From positions 40,610,001 through 40,674,000 of the forward strand of contig CM075985.1 of the NCBI GenBank assembly GCA_038087875.1: 64,000 nt of DNA, written 5' to 3'. The translations under genes and the position numbers were made by a program. The notes beneath the pieces are model-generated. The model made no database searches. It was not told where the DNA came from and worked only from the letters and a program-made list of their open reading frames with translations. Shown piece after piece: positions 49,697 to 63,600 of the stretch. The DNA comes from Malacoraja senta. Lineage: Eukaryota. Each line of letters starts with the position of its first letter. Position 1 is the first letter of the stretch.

Positions 49697-51398
49697 CCTT
49701 CGATTTTCCAGCATCTACCTTCTTGAATAGGATAGGCTTAGTGGTATATGGACGCGTGTAGAAGGGGCATGTTGGTTGGAGCGGGCAAGTTGGGCCGATG
49801 GGCCTGTTTCCACGCTGTATGACCCTATGCCTCTTTGATTGAATTAGTTTCATTTAGATTCGGAGATATACAGCTATTAGTTTTGACAAGGAGATGAGCC
49901 TTTTTATGAAGGTTATCTAAATAGATGGACCCGGCGAGTTACTCGGTAGACCACAGGTTTAACATAGAACATTGATTTCTGGGGCAGTCAATTTGAATTG
50001 AAGGGCCGCCCATCTCAGCGAAGGAGGTATGATGGATTCGTATTATTGTCACGATGGAGCATTCTTCTGCTTCTTTACTTTAATATTCCGGCCCGATGCG
50101 AAGATCGTGAACCACACATTTTAGCCGTGATTTCACCATCTACGTCAGTCTGCCATCTCCGGACGCACACCCATTTATTGGTCGATTGAAAAAGAAAACG
50201 TTTGAACTTTCTTCTAAACGTTATAGGCCTAAGCCGACCATTGTCTTGTTTGTGAGAAATAATTAATACCTCTTTACTATTGCGAAACGTTACCTCAATT
50301 TTAGTGACTTCAGTTATATCTCCTCATCAGTCTCCTTTGTTCGACATGCAATACATCCGCTTTCCACTGTCATTTCTTGTCAATCGCTTCTCCGTCCTCT
50401 TCAGTGTTATCCAACAAAACGCGGCGAATCCCACGGAATTGAACATTTATAGAACTTGAGTAAAAACAAAGTGCGAGTGGAACGCACAAGTCACGCATTA
50501 TCCGTGGAGGAACATGGTCAGACGATGTTTAAGGCCGGGACACTTCTTCTGCCTAATTATAGAGCGATTTATTTCTAAAAGACTTCACAATATCGACTTT
50601 ATATTTTTGCGTCATGCAGACGTCTAGATTTAGTAACGTACAGTGACATTATCAAAAAGCGCACAGTTTCCTTGTGTGTTGATGTTTTGGTTAATTTTCA
50701 TTTAACATGGAAGGGGAAAACTGCCCAGGAACAACTCGTCGCCGAGTGGGGAGGTGGGAGGGAGGAGAGCGAGGTTGATCAAGGTGGCTGCACTGGTAGA
50801 AGAGGTGGCTGAGCATTAATGTGGCGCTGATGGGGTGGGGTGGTACAAGGAAAAGAGTAAGGTATTCCTTGAAACTGGATAAATGAATGTTCATCCCATT
50901 GACGGTAAGCTACCCAGGAGCAATATCAGGTGCGGTTCTTCTAGTTTGTGGGCGCACCCACTCTATCAATGGAAGAGACGAAGGCCATGGGAATGAGCGT
51001 TAAAATGGCTAGCAAGCTAGAACTGCAGCATGCCTTGACAGACAAAAATATGCCCCCATGTTGTCCCGCGTTGCTTACCTTTCCGTTTTCTGCTCTCCCA
51101 GTTTCCACCGGCACTGACACCCTTCTCCTGCCCAAAGAGCACCTCATCCATCCCCGGTCACGCATTTCCTCATATCTCCCGTTTCTAATTTCCCTACTCT
51201 CATTCCACACATACTGTTTTATATTCAATTCCACCTCGTCTTTCCGTATCTGACAACCTTTTGACTATATTTCAACTCGAGCCTTTGTCACATCTCCACC
51301 CATCTGCCAGTCACCCGTACACAACTAGCTCACCAGTCTTTATCCCCTCCCCAGCTCTCTTTTCTAACTGTTCCCTCCCGATTCCATCAGAATGAGTA

Positions 51399-52269
51399 AA
51401 GCCCCTGTACCACTTAGGAAACCTGAACGGAAACCTCCGGTGACCTTCCCCGCGACCCAAGGTTTCCATGAGGCCGCCGCAGGTTTTGGTCACTCTCCCT
51501 AATGGTCGAAAGTGGTTTCTGCGTGGTCGAGGCTTCTTCTAGGTTGCTTCGATTGTTTCAACATAATCAAAACCGGCCTCGACTAAAAATAGGTTGCCGT
51601 TTGGTTGAAGCCAGTGGAGTGGGTCGCAATTTACTTACAGGCATTCGAAGACTATCTCCTTCGGTGACCGGCCATTTTGATTGGCTCATTGGAGTTTCAC
51701 GACCTAGAATACCCACCGGTAGGTAAAATGCCCGCTAACCTTTATTAAACTTCTGAAAACTGTCTCCACTCCTTCTCCCCCATCCCGTTCTCTCCCCTTC
51801 TCCCCCCCTTCTCTCCCCTTCTCCCCTCTCCTCTCCCCTTCTCCTCCTTCTCTCTCCCTTCTCTTTCCCATTCTCTCTCCCCTTCTCCCTCCCCTCTCTC
51901 TGCTCCACTCTCCTCTCCNNNNNNNNNNNNNNNNNNNNNNNNNNNNNNNNNNNNNNNNNNNNNNNNNNNNNNNNNNNNNNNNNNNNNNNNNNNNNNNNNN
52001 NNNNNNNNNNNNNNNNNNNNNNNNNNNNNNNNNNNNNNNNNNNNNNNNNNNNNNNNNNNNNNNNNNNNNNNNNNNNNNNNNNNNNNNNNNNNNNNNNNNN
52101 NNNNNNNNNNNNNNNNNNNNNNNNNNNNNNNNNNNNNNNNNNNNNNNNNNNNNNNNNNNNNNNNNNNNNNNNNNNNNNNNNNNNNNNNNNNNNNNNNNNN
52201 NNNNNNNNNNNNNNNNNNNNNNNNNNNNNNNNNNNNNNNNNNGGTTTCCGTTCAGGTTTCCTAAGTGGG
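51399..52269. mobile_element. MITE-like element related to the Harbinger-type TIR family, spanning a gap
   Basis: Left ...ccacttaggaaacctgaacggaaacc and right ggtttccgttcaggtttcctaagtgggac are inverted repeats; interior has a CT-rich repeat and a gap; right end appears clipped. Confidence 0.6.
51919..52242. other. Assembly gap (324 N)
   Basis: Run of n. Confidence 1.
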
Positions 52270-52559
52270 ACCGACGTGAATCCGACGTGAATCGTCGTTA
52301 TCTTACAGTATACAGTTTAGTTTATTGTCGCGTGTGCCGAGGTACAGTGAAAAGCTTTTGTTGTGTGTTATCCGGTCAGCAGAAAGAGAATACACAATAA
52401 CCTCCACCTCTACCTCCACTACATGACCACATATATTCCCTCCACAGATGCTCGCTGTACCGCAGGGTTGTTCCTGCACTTGGTGTATTGCTCACGTTTT
52501 GAGCCTCTGCAGGTTCTTGCCGTCACTCACATATTACTCCGACAATAAACTCGGTATTT

Positions 52560-52872
52560 GGGTTTAGTTTAGCTTCGGGATACAGCGCGGAAACTGGCCC
52601 TCCCGCCCACCGGGTCTGCACCAAACAGCGATTCCCGCATATTAACACTATCCTACACACCAGGGACAATTTTTATATTTACAAAGCAAATTTACCTACA
52701 CACCTTTGGAGTGCGGGAGAAAACCGAAGGTCTCGGAAAAAACCGACGCGGTCCCGGGGAGTAGGTACAAACTCCGTGCAGACAGCACCCGTAGTCGGGA
52801 TCGAACTCGGGTGTCCGGCGCTGCCAACGCTGCCAACGCTATAATGCATCAACTCTACCGCTGCGCCACCTT
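52560..52872 (-). mobile_element. tRNA-derived SINE
   Basis: Reverse complement of the SINE family; has a 9-bp internal tandem duplication gctgccaac. Confidence 0.75.
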
Positions 52873-53149
52873 GCCGACACCATTGATCCGACTTTTACAT
52901 AATCACTCCGAGATTATATTCCTCACTTCCACACAACTGTCAATTTACAGTGGCCAATAGTTCTATTAACTGCACGTCTTTGGGATGGGTGAGAAAACTG
53001 GAGCAGCCGTATGAAACACACTCAATCACCCAATGTATATGAGCACTCCACACAGACACTACGAAAGGTAAGCATGCAACTGGTTATACTGGAGCTGTGA
53101 GACAGGCGGTCTGCTGGCTCCTCCACTCTGCTTTTCAGATACAATGCAA

Positions 53150-53470
53150 GAGAATGAAATTACAGAACCAGGGGCCACAGTTTAAGAATAAGGAGTAAGC
53201 CATTTAGAACGGAGACTAGGCAACACTTTTTCTCACAGAGAGTGGTGAGTCTGTGGAATTCTCTGCCTCGGAATGCGGCGGAGGCCGGTTCTCTGGATGC
53301 TTTCAAGAGAGAGCTAAATAAGGCTCTTAAAAATAGCGGAGTAAGGGGATATAGGGAGAAGGCAGGAACGGGGTACTGATTGGGGATGATCAGCCATGAT
53401 CATATTGAATGGCGGTGCTGGCTCAAATGGCCGAATGGCTTACTCCTGCAACTATTGTCTATTGTCTATA
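53150..53470 (+). mobile_element. CR1 LINE 3' end
   Basis: agaaccaggggccacagtttaagaataagg...ttctcacagagagtggtgagtctgtggaattctctgcc...; tail ctattgtctattgtcta. Confidence 0.75.
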
Positions 53471-54099
53471 ATTCAAGTAATCATCTTACACAAACCTCAG
53501 AAACATAAACAGCGAACGCTGAATAGTTAGAATACAAACTAAGGGCACTGGAACACTCAGCTGCCCAAACATCATTTGTGGCGAAAGACACAGGGGTAAT
53601 GGACTTCATGTTTCACGGTGATGACTGAAATGCCGTTGAACATTCACAGAACTTCAATATTTTAATTTCCAATTTAACGCAAACCCATTTCTTAAGCAGA
53701 GCATTGGAATGAAATAAAACAGTATAAATAGGGTTCCAAGTTACAATTATTTTATTGCCTATTTTCACAGACTAGGAGTGGGTTGAAACTCAACCAATAT
53801 TTATATAAAATAGTCGAACGCGTTCGTCTTCAGTGACGTTTGATATCCGGTCGCAAACTCGTGAGTGATATGAAATTGAATATATGGGTAAAATGAGGCG
53901 AAAGATGTGTAACTGGGCCCATCTTTACGTTATCTCCACAAGCAAAAACCTCTGGGCGCTTTCTTCTTCCAGCTTTGTTGAAAGAACGGATAAATGGGTC
54001 GTCTTAGTGCAGTCAAATACATTAGTACTTCATTTGGATTTGAATATGAGGGGGCATTGCAATGTATAAGTATCAGTGTTTTGTACCAGCCCGCACAAT

Positions 54100-55092
54100 T
54101 GCAAGTAGCACCATCATAGATGAGGCCCTCACTAGTGTCTCCTCGATATCCCGCAGCTCCGCACTTGCTCCCCCTCCCCACAGTCGTAACAGGGACAGAG
54201 TCCCCCTAGTCCCCCGAGTCCCCACCTTCTACCCCAACAGCCGTCGCATACAGCGCACAATCCTCCGATATTTTCCCCACCTCCAACGGAATCCCACCCC
54301 TTTCCATTTTCTGCAGAGACTGTTCCCTCCGCAACTCCTGGTCAACTCGCCCCTTTCCACCCAAACCACCCCCACCACAAGTAGTTTTCCCTGCAAGCGC
54401 TTGAAATGCCTCACCTGTCCCTAACCCCCCCCCCCCCTTCGATTCCGCCCAACGACCCCGACAGTCTTATCAGGTGAGACAGAGATTCACTTGCTCCTCC
54501 TCCAACCTCGAGCTGCTCGCGGTGTCGTCTCATATATATCGGCGCGACCAAGCGCAGGCTCGGCGATCGTGTCGCTGAACACTTCCGCTCAGTCCGCCTC
54601 GTCATACCAGATCTCCCGGTTGCTGAACAGTTTAACTCCTCCTCCCATTCCCACACTGAGCTTTCTGTCCAGCGTATCCTCCGTTGTCAGCGTGAGGCCC
54701 AGCGCAAATTGGAGGATAGCACCTCATATTTCGCTTGGGCCGCTTACACCCCAGCGATTGAACATTGACTTATCTTACTTCAAGTAACCATTGTTTCCCT
54801 ATCTCACCATCCCTCCCCTCCCAGTTCTCCGATCAGCCTTACTGTGTCCAAGTAAATTTTATCCCTGTTTGCTTTGTTGTTACCTTCTCTCCGATAACAT
54901 GATCTATTCTACATTTTCCTCGATCTGCATTCCCTTTGGCCTGTTTATACACCCTACACTTCCTTATCTATATATCTCCCTCTCCCCTGACATCAGTCTG
55001 AAGAAGGGTCTCGACCTGAAACCTCACCCATTCCTTCTCTCCGGAGATGCTGCCTGTCCCGCTGAGTTACTGCAGCATTTTGTGTCTATCTT
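54100..55092 (+). mobile_element. Penelope-like element, degraded 3' part
   Basis: Same GIY-YIG region and terminal block (cagtctgaagaagggtctcgacctgaaacc) as 2770-3600. Confidence 0.75.
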
Positions 55093-56014
55093 CTGCACAA
55101 TCGCAATCCTACTTCAAAATCAGAGCGCAACGATCTACATCGTTCACCATCATGGACATAGCGTGAGAAATGGATCGGACCCGAAACATCACATTAGCAT
55201 GTTCTTCGGGGATGCTGCCTGACCCGCTGTCACTCCAGCATTTGTGTAAAATGGACTTGTTCTTTCCACTTGTGTTTTTCATTTTGAAGTATTTTCCCTT
55301 CTACTGAGTTGCAGAATCTATGTGTAATATGCACTACATGTATGAATTATGCGCATGTTTGTTTGTCTGAGTCTATATACCTGCGATGCTGCACGCAGGT
55401 ACCAATACCTCAATCAATTTGTGGAATACATTCGAACTGCCTGGACGGACATTGCGGCAGAATCGGATGTGACGTCATGTGCCCGATATTTTAAATTTCA
55501 AGTTAGTTTTAAATTTGCATAAACATCTAAACGTAAATCCATAGATTAACAGATTTTCATTGTACCCTAGGAATTAAAAATAAATCAATATGAATCTAAA
55601 CATTGTGTCCTGCAGATCTTGCAAAGAATGTGGAGAGTCAAGATGTGTGAAATCCAAGCAGGATATCTCGGTGCCGTCCTGCTCACTTCGGTGCAGTGTT
55701 TGATGCCCGCGGTCCATTTGAGTTGTTCGTCAATAGTGAGTCCAGATAGATGATGGCAATGGGATAAGCAAGCCTAACATCACCGAATATCAATGGAAGT
55801 TGGTTTGTTAAAACTCTTGTTGGAGATGCTTATGCCCTGGTTATTCTTGTAGTAATCTTGTAGTAAACACTGCTGAATGTGTTTGTTTTGGTGTGACTAA
55901 TTCCAAACATTAGGCAAAACGCACTGATCTCCGTCTCTTTTCCTGTTTAAATACGACCTTGGTTCGAAAGCTGAAGTGTTCTATGTTCACACCCCCGTCA
56001 AGAGCAGTTTATTC

Positions 56015-56081
56015 ATGCAGACTATGAGGCAGCCGGTCATCATACACATAGAGAATATCTACATTGGGCTTGGATTTCTTG
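56015..56081 (+). pseudogene. Candidate GPCR exon 1 (partner of 58412-59309), degraded
   Basis: MQTMRQPVIIHIENIYIGLGFL+G resembles exon 1 at 47656 (LIIRQIEEIYY..LIGIPG); no canonical GT donor at the expected position. Confidence 0.4.
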
Positions 56082-56202
56082 GATGAACGCTTATTATAGT
56101 GTTATAGCTTTGTCCTTTAATAGTAATTTAAGAACAATATTTCTTATTTCGAACTTGAAGTTGTCTGATTATTTCCCTTGTTAAAACGACGCTGTTTATT
56201 AC

Positions 56203-57995
56203 CATATAACCATATAACCATATAACCATTACAGCACGGAAACATGTTTAATCTCGGCCCTTCAAGTCTGTGCCGAACATTTTTTAAATTTTTTTTTTAA
56301 AATAAATGCTTCCCCCTAGTCCCATCTACCTGCACTGAGACCATAACCCTCCATTCCTTTCCCGTCCATATACCCATCCAATCTATTTTTAAAGGATAAA
56401 ATCGAACCAGCCTCCACCACTTCCACTGGAAGCTCATTCCACACAGCTACCACTCTCTGAGTAAAGAAGTTCCCCCTAATGTTACCCCTAAACTTCTGTC
56501 CCTTAATTATCAAGTCATGTCCCCTTGTTTGAATCTTCCCTACTCTCAATGGAAAAAGCTTATCCACGTCAACTCTTCTAACCCGTCATAATTTTAAAGA
56601 CCTCTATCAAGTCCCCTCTTAACCTTCTGCGCTCCAAAGAATAAAGACCTAATTTGTTCAACCTTTCTCTGTAACTTAGTTGCTGAAACCCAGGCAACAT
56701 TCTAGTAAATCTCCTCTGTACTCCCTCTATATTGTTGACATCCTTCCCATAATTAGGCGACCAAAATTGTACTCCATACTCCAGAATTGGCCTCACCAAT
56801 GCCTTGTACAATTTTAACATTACATCCCAACATCTATATTCAATGCTCTGATTTATAAAGGCCAGCACCCCAAAAGCTTTCTTTACCACCCTATCTACAT
56901 GAGATTCCACCTTCAGGGAACTATGCACAGTTATTCCTAGATCCCTCTGTTCAACTGCATTCCTCAATTCTCTACCGTTTACCATGTACGTCCTATTTTG
57001 ATTTGTCCTGCCGAGATGTAGTACTTCACATTTATCAGCATTAAACTCCATCTGCCATCTTTCAGCCCACTCTTCCAAATGTCCTAAATCTCTCTGTAGA
57101 CTTTGAAAATCTACTTCATTATCCACCACACCACCTATCTTAGTATAATCTGCATACTTACGAATCCAATTTTCCACACCATCATCCAGATCATTGATGT
57201 ACATGACAAACAACAGTGGACCCAACACAGACCCCTGAGGCACCGCACTAGTCACCGGCCTCCAACCTGACAAACAGCCATCCACCATTACTCTCTGGCA
57301 TCTCCCATTCAGCCACTGTTGACTCCATCTTGCTACTCCACCATTAATACCCAACAATTTAATCTTCTTAACCAACCTTCCATGAGGAACCTTGTCAAAG
57401 GCCTTACTGAAGTCCATATAGACAACATCCACTGCTTTACCCTCATCAATTTCCCTAGTAACCTCTTCGAAAAATTCTAGAAGATTAGTCAAACATGATC
57501 TTCCAGGCACAAATCCATGTTGACTGTTCCTAATCAGACCCTGCTTATCCAGATGCTTATATATATTATCTTTAAGTACCCTTTCCATTAATTTGCCCAC
57601 CACTGACGTCAAACTAATAGGTCTATAATTGCTAGGTTTACTCTTAGAACCCTTTTTAAACAACGGAACGCCAATCCTCCGGCACTATTCCCGTTTCTAA
57701 TGACATTTGAAATATTTCTGTCGTAGCCCCTGCTATTTCTACACTAACTTCCCTCAATGTCCTCGGGAATATCCTGTCAGGACCTGGAGACTTATCCGTT
57801 TTCATATTTTTCAAAAGTGTCCGCACCTCCTCTTCTTTGAATCTCATAGTTTCCATTGCTACTCTGCTTGTTTCCCTTACCTCACCTAATTCCATATCCT
57901 TCTCCTTGGTGAATACCGAAGAAAAGAAATTGTTCAATATCTCCCCCATCTCTTTTGGCTCTGCAGATAGCTGTCCACTCTGACTCTCTATTGCT
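56203..57995 (-). mobile_element. 5'-truncated CR1 LINE, well preserved RT region
   Basis: ORFs 56578-57663 (NYRPISLTS, DFSKAFDKVPH, VPQGSVLGPLLF, YADYT) and 57656-58030; 3' tail of GGTTATAT repeats at 56203-56228. Confidence 0.9.
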
Positions 57996-58411
57996 TCCAC
58001 TTTGTAACTCTGCTGGCCAGTAGCACGCAAACAAGCCTGAAAGTAGCTGTGGGACGTGAGGCAGGCAATTTGTAGAGCTAACTAGCCGATCGTTTTACAT
58101 GGCATCAAACGTTTTGTGAAATAAATCGTCCTTAAATTAAGTCTGAGATCAACAGAATAAGACATGACGCAGGGCAGCGTACTTATTGGGTATGGTACAG
58201 TTTACAGATGAAGACAATTGAAATAACAGTTAAGAGGTCACTTTTCCGTTCTAAATAACTGCTCGCTATGTACAAATGTCGACTTTCTACACTGAGGATT
58301 GCAGCGTAATAATAGGATTGACAACGTAAAACACCGTGTAAAAACACCGAAATCTCTGTCGACTGACCTTTGAAGAACCTGTGTAATTATACTTTTGTTG
58401 TCTTTTCGCAG

Positions 58412-59309
58412 CTAATCTGATGGCGATCATGATTCTCCGCCGCAGAATTGCGGTCTATCGAAATGCATCACGCGTAATTTGGTCTACATGACAGCTGCCG
58501 ATCTAATGGTTCTGATATTTTAAGTGATTTTGTATGAGATAAAAGATGCCTATTGGCCATATTCATATCTCAATTATACTGCTGTTTGCAGCGTTAATCT
58601 CGCGCTGTTGTTTGTTTCTATTGATTGTTCGGTCTGGTTAACTCTGGCCTTCAAATTTGACCGACTTATAGCTATTAGTTGCCAGTCGCTGCGAACAAAA
58701 TACTGCACCAAAAAGATCGCGTCAATGGTCATTACAATTGTATGTTTTTTGAGCGTGCTGGAAAACATTCCGATCTTCTTTATTTATGATCCTCGGGAAA
58801 TACTTGATGGTCAGCCATGGTCATGTTATGTAAAGTCAAGCTTCTACACCGCCCCAATATGGATCGCATTTTTATGGTTGGACACTATTTTATGCTCATT
58901 TGCACCTTTCGTTTTGATCATGCCCCTTAATTCTCTGACCATCAGGCATATCGTACGGCTAGTAGTGAGGAGCGCTCTCCGAGGAACCAACTGGCCTACC
59001 AGTCACACAGATCCAGAAATTGATAACCGTAGGAAGTCAATCATATTATTGTTGGCAATTTCAGGCAATTTTATACTCCTATGGATGGTGCTTTTCATTT
59101 GTTATCTGTTTGTGCACTTTACCGACACTCAGTTTTTAGAAGCAAATTACAATGACCCTTTCACTATTGCGGAACAATCCGGATATATGCTGAGGTGCTT
59201 AACTGCTTGCACACATACTTTTATTTATGCAGTGTCTCAGGATAAATTCAGAGAGGAATTGAAGAATATAGTTAAGCGTCCACTAAGTATATTCACCAGT
59301 TTTAAATAA
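58412..59309 (+). pseudogene. Class A GPCR (GPR139/GPR142-like), exon 2, disabled
   Basis: tcttttcgcag acceptor; ANLMAIMIL, frameshift near 58440, NCGLSKCITRNLVYMTAADL, in-frame TAA at 58521-58523, then a 261-aa open stretch through FDRLIAI...RRKSIILLL...YNDPF...HTFIYAVSQDKFR. Confidence 0.85.
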
Positions 59310-61649
59310 ATAATTAATTTTAATCACCTGGAGTGAATTTGTTGTTCACGCAGCACATCTACATGAGCCCCCAGAGGACAGTCGGAGAGACAACATGTCC
59401 CTCACATATCATTCGGCACCTCCAACACCAGACCATTTCACGTGGAATGAGAATACACGTGTTTTGCGAAGGTATTCCTACACTCCTACATTCTACCGAC
59501 ATTTTGTCGAATTATGTGAAACATTACCGATTTTCAGGTCAAAATAAAATCAATTCGACAAGATTAATTGCAGTTTTGTATTGTTCTACCTCTAACAAAT
59601 CCCTTCAATTCAATTTCTGTAAGTAACGTACTTTGAAAAGTTCTGAATAACATATTTCTAGCAATGGACCATTTGAGAGAATTGTTACACACGCGTTTAA
59701 TACTTCCAAAGCTGAGATCATATATGATTTGAAGTGTTTTCTTGGTTCGAGATTTACAACTTAATTGACAGAATTACACGGTGACTCACAAATGCCATTT
59801 GATTCCATCGGATATTGTGGGATGTACGAATAAGGAACTGCAAATGCTGGTTTACACAAACTGACAAAAAATGCTGGAGTAACTCAACGGGTCAGACAAC
59901 ATTTCTGGAGAACATGGATAGATGACGTTTCAGATCGAGACCCTGCTTCAACTGGTGTTGTGGGGTGTTGAAATGCATGAATGTGCGGAATGTGAGTCTG
60001 TTTCTCATTAACTACTGTATATGGGATGTATAAAGTATAATCTGTGTCCGAAACATATGAAATGTTAATGTTTGAACGAACCTATAAATGACTACGGGTG
60101 AGATATGCTTGGATATCAAAAAGCTAGGTAGGCTTTGGCGGCAACTGTGTGGATGATGGTGTGTGAATTCATCGTGTACTGTCACCAATATCAGTGGACG
60201 GACGAAACTGAGGGGACCTGTCTCCACCAAGATGCAGTACAGAACGCCACAGGAGTTCTCTTTTCCCTGTGGCTGTCAAACTGTACAAATCCTCCTCTTC
60301 TGTCGTGGGGTAGACTGACACCCCCTCTCCAATCTTTGCAGATCCGCAATCCTTTCCACTCGTCACTTAAATTTCATGTTTGACGTATCTTGTGTTTTAT
60401 GACTGTTGGCAGACCAATTTTCCTCCTAAAATAAATAAAGTTCTATCGTATCGTATCGTGGTTTGCAAGATAACGACTACCGCATACAGAATGAGCGAAT
60501 TATTCATGGCACCTTGTCACGAAGGTCCACACATGTTTGGAGGAATTGATGTAACAATGGCGAGAGAGGATAGTGTGGGAGGGACTTGTGTGTTGGACCG
60601 GTACCCTGAAGCTTTCTTTCACGTGGGGCCCAGTCTCCCACTTAATTACTGCTCAGATCGGGGGAGCACATACAACAATCTCATAGAGCAGATGTGTATT
60701 TCTCAAACACTTGCTTTATTCAAAGCCTGAGAATGCCGGAAAACATTCTACGAGGACCCAATGTGTTTTCACTATTTCACAGCCTTGGCAGCCATTATAG
60801 TCTGTGATTCAATAGATCCACATGCATTTTACATTTTTAAACTAATTGATCAGTTATTAAAGTGTATTTGCAGTATTTCATCTTTGATTCCCTTTCTTAG
60901 AGTTGCTTCCAACTTTCTGTTCTCATTTGCTTGGAAAACAATTCTCCCATCTGTGTGACACATGGGTATACGTGAGATATAATCTTACGATCAGTTTTAT
61001 TGTCCGCAGCCTGTATTACAATATCCGATGTTTCGGAAGGAACTGCGGATGAATTTTAGTTTAGTTAAGTTTAGAGATACGGCACGGAAACAGGCCGAAT
61101 GTGTATGGAGAGCTAGAGTACACGTACAAAAGCAAAGGTACACTCGGATATCTCACAAGAAACTGACTATGAGTTAGCTTTTGACAATTTATTGAAACTA
61201 AATATATAGAAGAAACGGGCAAATTAAAATGGAGGAAGTGTGGTTGATCATAAAGGGAAAAGCAAAGACAAAAATAGATATTTTATTTCATTTCTGAAAA
61301 TAAAAAAATACCTTTAGTTTATGCGCATTCAATTAACAAGAATGAATAGCAACTTTGGAGGGAATGTATCTGGGTCTCCAGGTAGAATGTTAATACAGGG
61401 CATAATATAGATGAGACAATTAATGCACATGCCAGAAAGATAGTCATGGGCAATTTGACCGAAATCATTATTTCGCAAACTAAATTGGTCCTTAAATATT
61501 ACATTCCGGTAGCGTCATGGAACATTGAGGACGCTGCAGTGAGCTTCACTCCCGTAAAAATTATCAAAAAGCCGTTTTAAAGTTAAAAATAACTCAACGG
61601 AGCTGCTTGGTTTGCATAACGAAAACATCATTAGATAACGGACTTTTAA

Positions 61650-62675
61650 ATGAGCAAGAGGACTTGTTCACGCGCACCAAAAAAAACTACTATAAGCCTC
61701 CAGCTGAAAAGTGTGTTGGATACTCTGCAAACAACTGAAGACGGTTCTGAGGAGGAGCCCGATAGCCAAGGAGTTGTGCTGGAAATGGCTACAAAAGGAG
61801 GAAAGAAAGAGATGGAGGTAAAGGAAATGTTTGTAGAAATTACTACTACAATTAAGAGTATGGAGAATAATATGGAAATATTTTCTCATAAAATTGATGG
61901 TGCCTGTGATGAGTTAAAGGAGCTGAAGAAGCAACATAATGAGTTTGATAAAAAACTTAACTCAGAAATTGTTAGAGTCGAAAAGGATTATAATAAGAAG
62001 CTTTCTGGGGTAAATGCTAAGATGGACAACATTGACGAGAGAATGGAAGAGATGGAAAGTGATATGAAAGAGATGATCACGGAAATAAACAGTCTGAAAA
62101 GATCAAATAAAGATGAAGCAGAAAAGCTGGCAAGAATGACTGACAAATGTTTGGACTTGGAAGCGAGATCAAGGAGGCAGAATTTGAGAATTGTTGGAGT
62201 AAGAGAAGGACGAGAAGAACATGTATCTCAAACACGTACTTTCGTTACTGAATTACTCAAAGAGGTTCTTAAACTGCCGGGAGAACTAAGAATAGATACT
62301 GTTCAACGAGTTGGACGTGTCTCAAGAGGCATAAATGCTGCTCCAAGACAGATAATTGTGAAATTTCTTGATATCTCTTCAGTGGAAACTATACTGAAGA
62401 AGATTGTTCATGGTGAAAATTTGATATATCGTGGGGAAAAGATCCGATTTTTCCGTGATTATCCTCCAGAGATTGTCCAGAGAATGAACCTGTTTACACC
62501 GACAAGAAACATATTGAGGGGTATTTCTAAAGTCAGATATGGTATTGTTTTTCCTGCAAAAATGAAAATTACATATAAGGAAATTGAGCGCTCATTTACG
62601 GACCCAGAAAAAGCATTTAAATATGCAGAAGATATCATGAGGAAAGCATCCAAAACTTCAGAAGAAGACGACTAA
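61650..62675 (+). CDS. L1 ORF1p (coiled coil, RRM, CTD)
   Basis: 341 aa; heptad-rich central region, DLEARSRRQNLRIVGVREG, and IRFFRDY...YGIVFPAKMKI. Confidence 0.9.
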   Translation: MSKRTCSRAPKKTTISLQLKSVLDTLQTTEDGSEEEPDSQGVVLEMATKGGKKEMEVKEMFVEITTTIKSMENNMEIFSHKIDGACDELKELKKQHNEFDKKLNSEIVRVEKDYNKKLSGVNAKMDNIDERMEEMESDMKEMITEINSLKRSNKDEAEKLARMTDKCLDLEARSRRQNLRIVGVREGREEHVSQTRTFVTELLKEVLKLPGELRIDTVQRVGRVSRGINAAPRQIIVKFLDISSVETILKKIVHGENLIYRGEKIRFFRDYPPEIVQRMNLFTPTRNILRGISKVRYGIVFPAKMKITYKEIERSFTDPEKAFKYAEDIMRKASKTSEEDD

Positions 62676-63600
62676 AGGAATGAACATGGAACTTTTTAAT
62701 TTCTAAGATGGAGCTGGAACCGGCGGATTTCTCAGACAGTTACTGAGCTTATCTGTCTGGAATGTATTGGACAATATTGTTTAACCTTGAATGAAAAGCT
62801 CTCGTACAAAGAACGAGATAACCTGAGTATTTAACTATTATATGCTAATTACAATTAACTAACTAACTTTAACAAAACTAATGTGAGTGTGTGTAGTAAA
62901 TATGTATATTCATGAATAAACCATTGCTTATAAATTGTAATTAACCAAAATGTCTATAACATTACTAACATTTTCTCTCTTTCTTTTTGAGTGGGAACGC
63001 AACATAAACTTGGAAATGAGGTTAACCCCTCGGTATCTGCTTGTAGGGTAGCTGGCTAGATAAATTGGTACAGTACTGGTTTATATTTGGATTTGGGGTT
63101 TAATTACATTAATGTTTTCTTTTTTTTTAACTCTTTAATATTTTATTTTTGCATATTTTTGTTATTATTATTATTATTATTACTAATTTTTTTTTTTTTT
63201 TATTAAATTAATTTTTTGGGGGGCATTTCACTAACGCTAGTTTGATAAAGTTATACAAGAATAAACGAGACGGTTTGTAGGTTTTTTTTAAATTATTTTT
63301 TACGAGGTGTTAATAAGGGATTGGGGCTCACTGTAAAATAACATCAACGGAAGTCGATATTCTTTCGCCACCTTAGGTGGCTATTTGTCTTTAAGGTACC
63401 TGCTTTTAGATACCTTAATTTCACTTTTTTTTTTAAATCACTTAATTAATTGTAAATCACAACTTTTCTTGCTTTATCTAAGGCACTTTTGGAGATGGAG
63501 ATGTAATGTAAACTTAAAAATTTGGAATGACCACCCAACGTCCAGAACACGGAGGTATTTGTTTGCACCATATGTTTCAAGAACATCACTTTGATATACA

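Noticed and set aside
50941-51253. Overlapping ORFs of 97 and 101 aa
   Set aside because: They partly overlap a degraded minus-strand Penelope fragment and have no protein motifs.
56203-56228. Short direct-repeat array resembling a CRISPR or satellite
   Set aside because: It is the 8-bp microsatellite tail of the CR1 element; there are no spacers and the context is eukaryotic.
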